A stretch of DNA of 64,000 nt from Bdellovibrionales bacterium (GCA_965262715.1 OZ253553.1:2304001-2368000), one strand, 5' to 3'. Shown: positions 31,321 to 42,900, counted from the stretch's first letter. Notes: generated by a model from the sequence alone, not told the origin. Translations and numbers: made by a program.

Positions 31321-32478
31321 TCATAAACTTGGAAGTTTGTCATCTACTTTTCTTAAAAGAAGTTGATAAAGAAAAACCAATTGAGGTTGATAGAATTTTG
31401 TAATTACATAAGGTGTTTCATAAAAGATAGAAAAGATGCTTTGTTTATGATGAAATGCCAACCCAAGAGTTATCTTTTTTTGTACATCAATAAGATTAAT
31501 ATTATTATTCATAGATAAATATTCCCATCTACCGAATATGGAGAGCTTTTTGGTTAAAGGATGTTCTAAATCTATATGCCAAGCAGATATAGGTATTTTG
31601 TTTTCATCGAAATAAATCTCACCAAAGTGATATTCGCTTTTAAAGGACATTTGTTTGATCTGAAAAGCCAAAAAAGCATTTCCAACTCTGCGTGCATGGC
31701 TATAATAAGGCCATAAATTGCGACCTATAAACTCTCCCACAGATGCTGACATGCCTATATCTATGCCGTAATTCGCTTTCCAGCCCCCTTTAGTTGTCCA
31801 CCATAGCCTCTGGGATGCTATAGGGTTAGAGAAGGTGTTTCCTTGAAAAGCTCCATTGTGCAGTGCAGATTCAACATAAAAGCCTTTGTAAGAAGCTAAA
31901 TAAGATAGTCCTAAATCATAGTTAGGGATGAATTGAGAAAAGATAGATCGAGGTAATACCAACTGAGAATCTCTTACACCACCTTCAAGTCCATAAGATA
32001 AAGGAATTAATCCGGCTCTTAGCCGGCCATAGACAGGCCATTTAGCTTGAATGAAGACAGATGTCATCCCGTAATTGTATCTCATGCGTGAAGGGTTATA
32101 TTGATGTAAAAAGAAACTTCTTAGAAAAGATTGGTTTTCGGAAAAAAGAAAATGAGCAGAATAATAATCTTTTCCGAGCGATAAGTACAAGGAAGATGGA
32201 AAAAGTTGAAACCTATTTTTCTTTGAAAGAACAAAAGCAGGTTGTAAGAAAATTTCACCAATAAATCCTTTCTCTTCCTGGAATTCATCATCTGCTAGGC
32301 GTTCGAATTCTTTGCTATGAGGATCTATATGAGCATAAGTAGGTGAAATGATAGTAATGCAAGTCATTATAAACAGAGAAAGTATTTTTATGAATTTGAG
32401 GTAAAATATAGGCTTAAGAAGCAACAAATGAAGAAGAGAATAGAAGATTGGATATATTTTTAAAATGGGTGACTTCAT
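31321..32478 (-). CDS. Hypothetical outer-membrane or porin-like protein
   Basis: Hydrophobic leader and aromatic-rich beta-strand pattern. Confidence 0.55.
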   Translation of the reverse strand: MKSPILKIYPIFYSLLHLLLLKPIFYLKFIKILSLFIMTCITIISPTYAHIDPHSKEFERLADDEFQEEKGFIGEIFLQPAFVLSKKNRFQLFPSSLYLSLGKDYYSAHFLFSENQSFLRSFFLHQYNPSRMRYNYGMTSVFIQAKWPVYGRLRAGLIPLSYGLEGGVRDSQLVLPRSIFSQFIPNYDLGLSYLASYKGFYVESALHNGAFQGNTFSNPIASQRLWWTTKGGWKANYGIDIGMSASVGEFIGRNLWPYYSHARRVGNAFLAFQIKQMSFKSEYHFGEIYFDENKIPISAWHIDLEHPLTKKLSIFGRWEYLSMNNNINLIDVQKKITLGLAFHHKQSIFSIFYETPYVITKFYQPQLVFLYQLLLRKVDDKLPSL

Positions 32479-32709
32479 AAAAACCCTCGTTAATTGGCTA
32501 CTATACTTTATGTTTAGTCAAAAAGTCTATACTATAAAGTTCTTTTTATTTCCATAATATCCCCTTAATATCTTAAAAAATTCATTTTGAAGGGTATTTG
32601 ATAATTTCAGGAAAATGGATTAAATAGAAATAGTCTCTAAATTTTATTAGAACCGGTCTCAAAAATAAAGATTTGATAAACATTGCTAGCGGTTCATAAC
32701 TTTATCTAA

Positions 32710-32857
32710 CTATTTTTACTAAAATGCATCTTGCCTCTGGCGACTTTCTGGTAGTCAGCCTGACGATTCACATCGTCAGCAAATAGCTGACTACCTAGAA
32801 AGCCTGAGGCATTTTAGTAAACGAGATACTTCTCATTGGTTAATATCATGTTAAGGG
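32710..32857 (-). ncRNA. Dispersed multi-stem element, version D
   Basis: On the minus strand: ccttaacatgatattaa, then stems actaaaatgc/gcattttagt, ctttct/agaaag, ggtagtcagc/gctgactacc, ctgacgat/atcgtcag. Confidence 0.6.
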
Positions 32858-33081
32858 AATCGTCTATGTCTTTCTATAAACGTTTGTACCTATTACCTCT
32901 AAATTCTTGTATAAAGGGTTGTCTTCCTCAAAATGAATGACCCCACTGGCGTGCTTTCTGGCACTGGCCTGAGGTGGCTTGCTACAACTAGATCAAAAGC
33001 CTACTGTAGGACCTATGAAATTTTTGTGTAACAATGCTTAGAAAAATTATACATTTGCGTGTATTTTAATAAAAGAATGTT

Positions 33082-33615
33082 TCAGTTTTCACATTCAAAT
33101 ATCTGTAAAATTTGATCTAGCAAACGAATACCTCTTCTTTTTGTTTCTAAAATAGATTTTGTAAAATGTTTATTATAAGACTCATACTTTAGTTTTTCTT
33201 TTGCATTTAATATCTTGGATTCAAAGGTCTTTTTACAGGCCTTACTTGTTTGTGGTTTTAGATGTCCTAAAATATCTAAAAGAAACCCTTCTAGACAAGG
33301 TTTAGCAATCCAAACATCTTCATTTATTTTATTTTCATCTTCTGGCTTGATCCTATCTCCATTTAAAAGGATGTAGGATTTATCAATACTTAGACAGGTT
33401 TCTTTTTTGCTAACAGTCTTTTGCATACTTGATAGGCTACCGCCATCTTCAGATGTTATTTGAACGAACTTTTTATTTCCTGCATCTCCTTTTAGATACA
33501 AGGTTTTTATATACTTAAGAAATGCAACTTCTGTTTTGCCTTCACAGTGAATAAGGATGGACTTCTTAGTGATTTTTTTGTTTTTCTTAGGACTTTTCAT
33601 AAATTCAAATATCAA
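33082..33615 (-). CDS. RloB-like protein
   Basis: ILIHCEGKTE..FL and PCLEGFLL motifs; overlaps the stop of the upstream AAA ATPase. Confidence 0.75.
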   Translation of the reverse strand: MIFEFMKSPKKNKKITKKSILIHCEGKTEVAFLKYIKTLYLKGDAGNKKFVQITSEDGGSLSSMQKTVSKKETCLSIDKSYILLNGDRIKPEDENKINEDVWIAKPCLEGFLLDILGHLKPQTSKACKKTFESKILNAKEKLKYESYNKHFTKSILETKRRGIRLLDQILQIFECEN

Positions 33616-34787
33616 TAATCAATATCAGGAAAACCGCCGTAAACCCCTGACATATAATTCTTAAATAGATTATCTTTATCCTTTATATCTTCAAATTGAT
33701 CTAATCTATAGGTTGAAGATTTATTGTCCTTAGTCTTTTTTACTAAATGTACCTGATATTTGTTTAAATCCATTAAGATGGGACTCATGTGGGATGTAAA
33801 TAAAATTTGCCCTTGATTCTTTTGTTCTGTAAATAAGTGTAAGATTCTAGAGACGGCTTGAGGATGAATTCCTAATTCCAATTCGTCAATCACTATTAAT
33901 AATTTATTTTTAAGACTTTTGAGAATTGGATATAGTTTTGTAAAAAGGTTTTGAGTGCCATGTGATTCTGCAAATAGAGGTAGTGTGAAAGGGTTGTTTT
34001 GTTGATCAGGACGTGACATAAATGGTATTGTAATCATTATAGACTTACTGTGTTTATCAAGTGCTTGCCCTTTTTCGAGTGTTAAAGTGTGTTCTCCTAA
34101 GTCTAAGTTTTTTAAAATGTCCTTCATTTGATCTAGTAGGTCATCATCTTTTTGATACTTTCTTGAAAATTTGTTTAACTCTAAGATTAGATCGGGATTG
34201 GGTTGCTCCAAAGACATTTGGTGTTCCCAAAAATTTTTAATTTTTTGCATTTCTGGTTCATTGATTTGAGCAAAAGTAGAAATGATAGAAGCATTTGCGC
34301 GAGTTAAGTGGATGTTTTTTTTAAGTAGAGGTTCTGTTTTTTTGTCTTCAAAGTTTGTCTCTATAAAATTTTGTTTTTTTCTCTTAAAAATCATCACATT
34401 TTCTTTAGGAGATATTTTTTGAAGTTTTTCCAATAGAACTCCCTGTCTATTTAATTCAAAAGAATAATCATAATATAAATTATTAATAAAAAAGCCTACA
34501 TTGAATGAGCTTTTATCTTCGTTGGACATATATGGTTGATAAATTGGGGACCCCGGGTTTTTATCGTGAAAAGAATTAACAATGAAATATCTTATAAAAT
34601 CAAGAGCTTTTATTACATTTGTTTTACCGGAAGCGTTTGGGCCTAAAATAGCTGCTATTTTAGAAAGTCTTGTGTCAGCACATTTGGTGAACGCTCCTGT
34701 TTTTGGAGCATTTTCATCTACTTCAAAAGAGATCATGCCCTCATCTTTAAAAGAGAGAAAGTTTTTCCAACTAAAATATTTAATCAT
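33612..34787 (-). CDS. ABC-type/AAA_21 ATPase (RloA/AbiEii-like)
   Basis: NFLSFKD, Walker A GPNASGKTN, ESHGT, Walker B VIDELELGIHP, QILFTSH, Y..G.YGG.P tail. Confidence 0.85.
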   Translation of the reverse strand: MIKYFSWKNFLSFKDEGMISFEVDENAPKTGAFTKCADTRLSKIAAILGPNASGKTNVIKALDFIRYFIVNSFHDKNPGSPIYQPYMSNEDKSSFNVGFFINNLYYDYSFELNRQGVLLEKLQKISPKENVMIFKRKKQNFIETNFEDKKTEPLLKKNIHLTRANASIISTFAQINEPEMQKIKNFWEHQMSLEQPNPDLILELNKFSRKYQKDDDLLDQMKDILKNLDLGEHTLTLEKGQALDKHSKSIMITIPFMSRPDQQNNPFTLPLFAESHGTQNLFTKLYPILKSLKNKLLIVIDELELGIHPQAVSRILHLFTEQKNQGQILFTSHMSPILMDLNKYQVHLVKKTKDNKSSTYRLDQFEDIKDKDNLFKNYMSGVYGGFPDIDY

Positions 34788-34973
34788 TGTCTTTCCTTAT
34801 TAACGATATCTTATAAATTAAAATTCATTTAACAACATAACATAGAGTTAAATAGATAAAAAGTCAAACAAGCAATATTAAAATAGGCTTCCAGTATCTT
34901 TATCTAAAGAATCTTTTTCTGTGATTCTGCTGTCTAAGAGGGTTTAAATAGAATGTATTATTTATATTGCCAG

Positions 34974-35142
34974 GGTTAAGGTTTCCTTAACATGATGTAA
35001 AAAAAGAGAAATATCTCCTTACTCAAAATAAACGGATTTTTGAGGTAGTTAGTATTTTCTTGAAGGCGTAAGCCTTCAGGCTAACTGCCCAAAAATGGCC
35101 AGAAGCTCGCCTCAAGAGGCCAGTTTATTTTGAGTGAAACAG
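34974..35142 (+). ncRNA. Dispersed multi-stem element, version B
   Basis: ggttaag..ttccttaacatg, then stems actcaaaataaac/gtttattttgagt, ggtagttag/ctaactgcc, tgaaggc/gccttca; ends gaaacag. Confidence 0.6.
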
Positions 35143-35143
35143 G

Positions 35144-35839
35144 TTAGAATATTTCTTTAATACTAGCATCTTCAACAGAAGTTGTTTTTAAAATACGTTG
35201 GAGTTCATTATTAGCTAGGGTTTTATCAGAGTATACACCAGAACTGACTCTATACCAAGTTTGATCATTATCATCAGTAAAGGACATGTAAAAAGCATCA
35301 ATTCCTTGATCCTTTAAATTTTTTAAATAAGAAATAGCTTGATCTTCCTTTTTGTAAGTTCTTAGTTGTATAGTGTATTTAGCAGAAAGAGTTTTTTTTA
35401 CTTTTAAAGGCAAATTATTATACGAAGAACTTTCCATTTGAGGTGTTTCTGAAGACTCTAACTCATTTTTCTCTGGTATTTTTTTGTCTTGATGTTTTTG
35501 AACCTCTTCTGTGTCAGAAGAAGGTTTTCTTTGAGAAGGATTGGTTGTGGTGGTCGTATTTGTTTGGGAATGCACTTCTTGTGGAGGTTTTTTTTCTGAA
35601 TGAATATCCTGTACTTCTGAATGGGTATCCTTGACTTGCTTTTGATCAGGTTGAACTTTTTTAGTGTTAGAATCTAATTCTGAAGATATATTAACTGATT
35701 GAGGGTCAGTATCACTCCATTGTTTACCTAAAAATATACCAAGAGAAAAAGTCATTAGGCAAACAAAACACATGCTTGTCCATTTGATAGTTTGAATAAT
35801 ACCAGACTTCCAAAGATTTATTTGTTTTTCATTTCTCAT
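35144..35839 (-). CDS. SPOR-domain membrane protein (FtsN-like architecture)
   Basis: N-terminal TM helix, disordered linker, YTIQL..Y....A...WYRV..G.Y C-terminal domain. Confidence 0.85.
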   Translation of the reverse strand: MRNEKQINLWKSGIIQTIKWTSMCFVCLMTFSLGIFLGKQWSDTDPQSVNISSELDSNTKKVQPDQKQVKDTHSEVQDIHSEKKPPQEVHSQTNTTTTTNPSQRKPSSDTEEVQKHQDKKIPEKNELESSETPQMESSSYNNLPLKVKKTLSAKYTIQLRTYKKEDQAISYLKNLKDQGIDAFYMSFTDDNDQTWYRVSSGVYSDKTLANNELQRILKTTSVEDASIKEIF

Positions 35840-36267
35840 AAATATCCTTTTTAACTTCTAAATAAAAAATTATCAATTTTATTTGTATTATTTTTTTTAA
35901 TACTAATAATTAAAATCTTTTGAGTTAAAGTTATTCTAAATTAATTTGGTAGAACATACTATCAACCTTAAGATTTTTAGCTTTTCAAATGACATCAAAA
36001 AAGTCAAAACTTTAGTAAGGTTATAGAATATCTTTCGTTGTGTCAAACCGTGTCAAAAATTTGGTGAAACCTACTCTTAAGGTTATATTTTTTGTGTCAT
36101 TTTTGACATGTCTATTCTCTTAGTATTTCTAGCATTTTTAACCTATCGGCTGCTTTTATTGTTTTATGTTATAAAAGGGTTAGATTTTTTAGATAAAAAA
36201 ATATTTTTCCAATTATGAAACATTATAACTATCCATAAATCTAAAAAACATAGGGACAGAGCACTAG

Positions 36268-36879
36268 TTGGTATTTTATTTGCCCTATAAGTCAATAAGA
36301 CACATCTCATTAGACGAAAGGAAAATAATTATTTTAAACCAAAGCATTGAAAATAATATAACAAAAAAGTGTCAAGATTTAGAACATTTAAAAACTGTAT
36401 ATATTAAAACACTTTGGCTAGCTCTATCTCTAGTTCTTTCTCTATTTATAGGTTTGTCCGGAGAGTATTTATACCTATTAAAAGACCAAAAGACCTTGAT
36501 GAGCTCCATTTCAATTCAAAAGAATAAGCAAAATACAACAAATTTTATTTCTATAGATAATGTTTTGGTTTTAACTTATGAAGAAAAGAGTGAGAAAAAA
36601 ACAGTGTACTTGGATAAAAAAGTTAATGAATATAGGGTGTTAGCAAAAGTGCAAATGCAATTAGAAATGGATAATTATGAGATGTTAAACCAAGTTAAAG
36701 ATCAAAAACAATATATAAAGGATATGATGGCAGTTATTTTATCTGGTATGACATATAGAAAAATTTTACAGGAAAAGTCACAAGTTACTTTAAAAATAAA
36801 TATTAAAAATAAAATAAATAAGTTTCTCTCTAGAGGTAAAATTAAGGATATTCATAATATAAATATTATAAATTTGTAG
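36268..36879 (+). CDS. fliL: Divergent FliL-like protein
   Basis: TM helix plus C-terminal IKD....ILS..TY......LK..I...IN.FL..GKI pattern of FliL; very AT-rich, start uncertain. Confidence 0.6.
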   Translation: MVFYLPYKSIRHISLDERKIIILNQSIENNITKKCQDLEHLKTVYIKTLWLALSLVLSLFIGLSGEYLYLLKDQKTLMSSISIQKNKQNTTNFISIDNVLVLTYEEKSEKKTVYLDKKVNEYRVLAKVQMQLEMDNYEMLNQVKDQKQYIKDMMAVILSGMTYRKILQEKSQVTLKINIKNKINKFLSRGKIKDIHNINIINL

Positions 36880-37080
36880 ATAGTGGTTATTAATTGTACA
36901 CATTAATTGTCATTTAAATATACACTTTATAAAAAATGACTAAATAGTATACAAAATATTTGAAATAGAAAAATATTAAAAAATATTTTAAAAAAATGAA
37001 AAATTGGCATGAAAAAGTTTGATCTTTTTTGAGAATTATATGTCTGATAAGATTATATTAATGAGACAGGAGGGATAAGG

Positions 37081-37932
37081 ATGTCATCTAATAAAACAAA
37101 AGCGTCAGCATTGCTGAGAAAGTATAAGGAAGATCCACAACAACTTACAAGTATGCAAAAAGACAAATTAATTATGGAGTATGCGCCATTAATTAAGTTT
37201 ATTGCATATAAAATTTCTGTTAGATTACCTTCTAATATTGAATTAGATGACTTAATTGCTAGTGGAGCAATTGGCTTGATGGATGCTATAGAAAAGTATG
37301 ATCCATCTAGAGACAACACATTCAAAACTTATGCCGAATTTCGTATACGTGGAGCTATTCTAGATGAGTTAAGAGCTCAAGATTGGGTTCCACGTAGTAT
37401 TAGAGATAAAGCTAAATTGCTAGAACGAACTTTTTCTCAACTTAAAAATCAATTAGGAAGAGATGCAACAGATCAAGAGGCTGCTGAAAAATTAGGTTTA
37501 AATATGGATGAATTTCACGAATTAACTTATCAAGTCTGTCCTGTAAGCATGATATCTTTAGATCACCAAACAACATTTAGCAGTATAGATAAAAAGTCTA
37601 TGCTAAACTTTTTAGAAGATTTTAAGATAGATAACCCTTTTAATGAATTAGAAACAAAAGCTATTAAATCTATTATAACAAAATCTATTAACAACTTGTC
37701 TGAAAAGCATAAAATCATTCTTTCTCTCTATTATTATGAAGATTTAAATTTAAAAGAAATAGGACGTGTTCTTCGTATCACAGAAAGCAGAGTATCTCAA
37801 TTGCATGCTCAAGCCATATTACGGCTCAAGGCTAAGTTATCAGTCTATCTTGATAAAGAGGTGCAAAAGCAAAAGGATGTGTCAAGAAATATCAACAGTT
37901 GTAATAACCAAGAAAAATATTTACAACATTAA
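37081..37932 (+). CDS. fliA: RNA polymerase sigma-28 factor FliA/WhiG
   Basis: FKTYAEFRIRGAILDELRAQDWVPRS, LSLYYYEDLNLKEIG.VL.ITESRVSQLH. Confidence 0.96.
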   Translation: MSSNKTKASALLRKYKEDPQQLTSMQKDKLIMEYAPLIKFIAYKISVRLPSNIELDDLIASGAIGLMDAIEKYDPSRDNTFKTYAEFRIRGAILDELRAQDWVPRSIRDKAKLLERTFSQLKNQLGRDATDQEAAEKLGLNMDEFHELTYQVCPVSMISLDHQTTFSSIDKKSMLNFLEDFKIDNPFNELETKAIKSIITKSINNLSEKHKIILSLYYYEDLNLKEIGRVLRITESRVSQLHAQAILRLKAKLSVYLDKEVQKQKDVSRNINSCNNQEKYLQH

Positions 37933-38004
37933 GTAATGTGGCTTATGTTTGTTATAATGTAAATAAGAAATATTCACATTATTAACAAAAGCACAAGAGT
38001 CAGT

Positions 38005-39192
38005 TTGAAAAACTTAAATCATCTTGAAGAGTTTATACGGATAAATTATCCTTTTTGGAGAGAAGCTCTAAAAAACTACCCTATTCAAAAAGACTTATTA
38101 TTTAGTCGATCTATTCCTTTAAATCAAAAAATTTTTGAGGCATGTCATCTTATTATTAAAGCTTTTTGGCAATTAAGAAAGAATATTGCTTATCAAAACT
38201 ATATCAAAACTAATTATTCTATTGGTTGTGATCCTTGTAATTACTCTATACTTATGTGCTATGACTTTCACATAACAGGTGAAGATGTTAAATTGATCGA
38301 AATAAATACAAATGCTTCATTTGCGATAATTGCTGGAGTTTTAAGTCGTATGAATAAGCAGACATTACCTTTTGATTTATCTATGAAAGATTATGATGGG
38401 CATGAATTTTTAAGAAAGGCTATTGAGGAAGAAATAGCACTTTGTAAATTAGATGCAGGAGAGATAAATATCGCCATTATGGATGATCATCCTGAAAAAC
38501 AAAAAGCGTATTTTGAATTTCATTATTATAAAAATCTTTTTGAACATTGGGGTTACAATACTGTGATTTGTGATCCTTCAGAATTAGAATGGGATTCAAA
38601 GCATAAAGTGTTAAAGCACCATTTAGGCCAAACAATTCACTTTGTTTATAATCGTTGCTGTGATTTTTTATTAGAAAATCCTAAAAATAGACATTTAAAG
38701 CAGGCCTTTATTCATACGAAAACATGTTTTAGTCCTAATCCTTATGAATATTGCTTATTAGCACATAAACAGAGATTAATAGATCTTTCAAATAAAGATT
38801 TTTTAAGTTCATTAAACTTATCTAGAGATGAGCTGGAAATTATAAAGAAAGGTGTACCTTTTTCTTCTTCAATACGAGATATATCAAAAGAGCAATTATG
38901 GTCACAGCGTAAGAATTTATTTTTTAAGCCAAAAACTCTTTATGGTGGTAAGGGTGCTTTTAGAGGCGCCTCTATTTCTAGGAAAAAACTTGAATCTATA
39001 TATGATGAATCTTATATGGTTCAAGAATATTTTCCACCATCAATTTTTGAAGGTTACAAGTATGATTTGAGAATTTATACTTATAAGTCAAAGCCTTATC
39101 TTGCGCTAGCAAGATTGTATCGTGGTCAAGTGACAAATGCCAGTACAGTAGGTGGAGGACTTGCTAGCATAGATTGGCTGTTGAATGAATAG
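38005..39192 (+). CDS. Circularly permuted ATP-grasp ligase-like protein (glutathionylspermidine synthase-like fold)
   Basis: YDFH....KLIEINTN, VYNR..DF, FFKP...YGGKG, VQE..PP, KYDLR.Y, ARLY.GQ.TN. Confidence 0.65.
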   Translation: MKNLNHLEEFIRINYPFWREALKNYPIQKDLLFSRSIPLNQKIFEACHLIIKAFWQLRKNIAYQNYIKTNYSIGCDPCNYSILMCYDFHITGEDVKLIEINTNASFAIIAGVLSRMNKQTLPFDLSMKDYDGHEFLRKAIEEEIALCKLDAGEINIAIMDDHPEKQKAYFEFHYYKNLFEHWGYNTVICDPSELEWDSKHKVLKHHLGQTIHFVYNRCCDFLLENPKNRHLKQAFIHTKTCFSPNPYEYCLLAHKQRLIDLSNKDFLSSLNLSRDELEIIKKGVPFSSSIRDISKEQLWSQRKNLFFKPKTLYGGKGAFRGASISRKKLESIYDESYMVQEYFPPSIFEGYKYDLRIYTYKSKPYLALARLYRGQVTNASTVGGGLASIDWLLNE

Positions 39193-39638
39193 ACACCAAT
39201 CTTCCATTTGAATGATTTCCAGATTCTCAGAAAATGAAATGTCTGAAAGTCTTATTTCAAAGGGCTAGCTTAAGAAGGATCAAGTCATGATATTGAAATC
39301 ACTTGATGTTTGCGCAATATAGTCGTTTTTATGTGCTGCCAATATATTTATATCAAATATTTTACAAGGTCATCTTTTTTAAGGATAATTTTTAATATAA
39401 AGACATAAGTTCAAATAGCAAGAGCTGGAAGTTTTCTCAGAGAGAAACAAAAGTAATACCTATAAAGATAGAAGTAATAAATATAAATGATAAAAGTTCT
39501 CAAAAAAACCCACTTCTCAATAAGAAAATCTATTTTTTCATAAGGGACGTGAGACTTCATTATTTTATATTTTGAGGAGTTTGACAAAGACTTAGTGAGA
39601 CAGCCCTTTTATGCGAAGCTTAAATTAATAAAACAATG

Positions 39639-39789
39639 TCCTTAACATTGTGTTAAGAAATGAGGAGGTCCTTTCTACTAAAAATGCCTCAGACTTTTTA
39701 GACATTGCCCTATTTGCCAGATGGTGTAAGCACGCATGGGGGCAATGTCAGAAAGTTGCTAGAGGCAAGAGGCATTTTTAGTGAAACAG
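39639..39789 (+). ncRNA. Dispersed multi-stem element, version C (about 130 bp upstream of cas9)
   Basis: ccttaacattgtgttaag, then stems actaaaaatgcctc/gaggcatttttagt, gacattgccc/gggcaatgtc; ends gaaacag. Confidence 0.6.
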
Positions 39790-39918
39790 ATTATTTTAAA
39801 AACGTGGACATTAGAAGTCATTTTGAGATGAGTTTTAAGTATTGCTTGCGGTATTAAATAATGTTCTATCTTGATACGGTTGACAAGATAGATAAATCTT
39901 TCTAAAATTAAAAGTACT

Positions 39919-42900
39919 ATGTCAACAAAAGACAAAAAACTGGTCAGTCCTATTGCCATCGATCTAGGTGCTAAAAACACTGGAGTTTATTATGCTCATT
40001 ATCAAGCTGGTACAAAACTAAGTGCTATTAAGAAAGAAGGTGAAGTTTTAGAGTGGGGTAAATATACGTCCCTTTTGAAAGATCGTACTGCAAATAGGCA
40101 TATAAGACGTAATTACCAACGTAGAAAACTAGCTAAAAGGCTTTTATATTTAATTTTAGAAAATTATTTTCAATTTCCTGTGAAAAATCATATTCAAGCA
40201 TTAGGATTTTTTATGAATAGGAGAGGGTTCAATCGTTTAGAAGCAAATTACTCAGAAAAATTGCTCAATGAATTGCCTGATGGAATTTGGAAATTATTAC
40301 CTCTTAAGTTCAAAGAAAAATTAGATAAAGGTCATCTAGCAGAGAGCCTTGAAAATCTTGCTAATCAAAAAGAGTTAAAAGCAATTGAAGATTTAAAGAA
40401 ATCCGTTGAAGACAAAACGAAGCTTATTAAAAAAAAGACTTCTTACTGGAAGACTCTAAATCAAATTGATGATGCTATTTGTAATAAATTGAATGGAAAA
40501 GAAATAATAGGAAACAAAAAAGACAAGTCATTTAAAATTTCAAAATGGATCATTGAACGTGCTGTTCAAGAAGGAATAAAAATTGAGGCACTTATTGATG
40601 AAATCCAAGAACCAAAAAAGCAAGAAGTAGATATGTTAGAGTTTCTCAAAAAAAATGATGACTCTAAATTTTTAAAAGATATTCAAAGATCTTTACCAAA
40701 CAATATCGAAATCAAAGAACAAAAGAAAAAATTAAACAATAATGAATGGAATTTTGATCCATGGTCATTTGATCTAGGGAAGAATGAGGATTGTCTTGGT
40801 GATCCAGAATATAAAGATCATGTAAAACTTCACCTCCAACATTTGTGTTTTGCTATTTATAAAATTTATGATGAGTTATCATCAGGGGGTCGTCATCGCA
40901 ATTCATTTTTTAAAGAAATTAAAAAGGATTTAGAAAATTTAGGTAAAAGTCAAATTACTTATTTAAAAGATTTTGGAGATGCTATTTCTAATAGTCCAAG
41001 TCTTGATATAGATAAAATATTCCATCTAATAGCTCATATCAGTAATTTAGAACTCAAGCCACTAAGAGTTTATTTTAATGATAAAACTCACCTTAAATCT
41101 GATCAGTGGGATCTAAAAAAAATAAGTGACATTTTTAAAAAATGGTTTTCCAAGCAATGGAGAGTTAGCTTAAGTGATGGCGAAAAGAAAAAGCAAGAAT
41201 ATAAAGAGTTAAAAAACCTGTGGACAAAACACAAGAAAAAAGATGATGTGATCTCCTTTTGGATCAAAGCTTGTCCAAGTTTAACTATTCCACCCTATCA
41301 AGATATAAAAAATCGTAGACCACCAAGATGTCAAACTCTACTTTTAAACCAAGAATATCTTGATGACAAATACTCTGATTGGAGAAAATGGATTGAGCAA
41401 TTGATTAAATATAGAGAAAATAGCTTTTTAAAAAGATATGAAGATAAACTCAAAGAGCTTAAAAGTCAAAAGCAAAAACCGCAGCAAAAACCGCTTATAA
41501 AAACTAATGAAATTGACTTGCGAAAATTACAACTACTTTTGGATACAAGTAAAGCTTTAGATGCTTATAAATTAAATGATATATGGAGTACATATCATCA
41601 ATTACATCAAATAGATAGAGAAAACAACTTAGGTAAAAAAGGACTTATTAAAGAATATAAAGAAAAAATTAATAAAAGTAATTTACCAGAGTATTTTAAG
41701 AAAGATTTATTATTAGGTATTGAAAATCTATTTGAGAAAGAAAGCTTTGGTCATTTCATAAACAAATATTATCAAACAAAAAGGAAAGCTCGTGATGGCA
41801 GATACTTTCTACATCAAATTAAAAAAAATAAATGGTCTGACAAAGACAAGCTTCTGAAAATTTGTATTCATAAACCTAGGCAAAAAAAATATCAATTGAT
41901 ATATGATCTCATAGCTATTTTTGGTATTGAACTTGATGTTTTTAAAAACCTTATAGATTGGGACGACACTGTCTTAATAGCTACAAATATTAAAGTTCTT
42001 GAAAAATGGCTTGAAATAAAGTTAGAAAATTTTAGCAAAAAATGTGCCGATGCACAAAAAAAATATCGTGGTAGCCTTAAATATAAGATAGATATAGCAA
42101 TAAAACAACAGAAGAATGGCCATTTAAAACATGAAGATGGAGAATTAATTAATCTAGATAAACAAGCTAAAAAATTTTCCAAAGAAATAGCTCAAAAACT
42201 TTGGCCTGATAAAAGTCAAAAAGATCAAGATCAGCAGGCTCAACGTTTTGAGAGTGTCTTTAGTTTTGCTCAAATATATAGTGTTGTGTTTAAGGATCGC
42301 AATGGATTTTCAAAAACTTGCCCTGTCTGTAGCTTAGATAATAGCAGAAGAATGGAAGTTCTACAAGATAGTTTTGCTTATGCTTCTCGTCTTTCGGGAT
42401 TATCTATTAGGTTAATTGATGGGGCTGTGATGCGAATTTGTGATCGTCTTGGAAGTTACATTGTTCAAAAAAAATGGCCTATTATAAAAACTGCTTTGAA
42501 ACAAGAACAAAAGGTTTGTATTCCATTAATTATGGAACAAAACCACTTTGCTTTTGAACCTACATTAAATCAGATAAAAGGTAATAAAAATAGCAAGAAA
42601 CAAGATAAACAAACAGATGATCGAGAAACAAACTATAATGAAAAGATAGGTCGTATTAAAAAAGCATCTAAAGGTATTTGCCCATACGAAGGAATAAACC
42701 TCAGTAATTCAATGGAAATAGACCATATCATCCCACAGGCTTCTAAATATGGTACTCTCAACGACGAGGCCAATTTGATCTATGCTAGCAAATTAGCCAA
42801 TTCTGGAAAAACAGATACTCAATATTCTTTATCAGATATTCATAAAAAATATAAAATAGAAATTTTTGGCACTGATAATAATGAGGAGATTAAAAACTAT

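Noticed and set aside
39759..39980. Short antisense ORF overlapping the cas9 start (possible anti-CRISPR or regulator)
   Set aside because: It overlaps cas9 and the structured element, with no recognisable RBS or motif.
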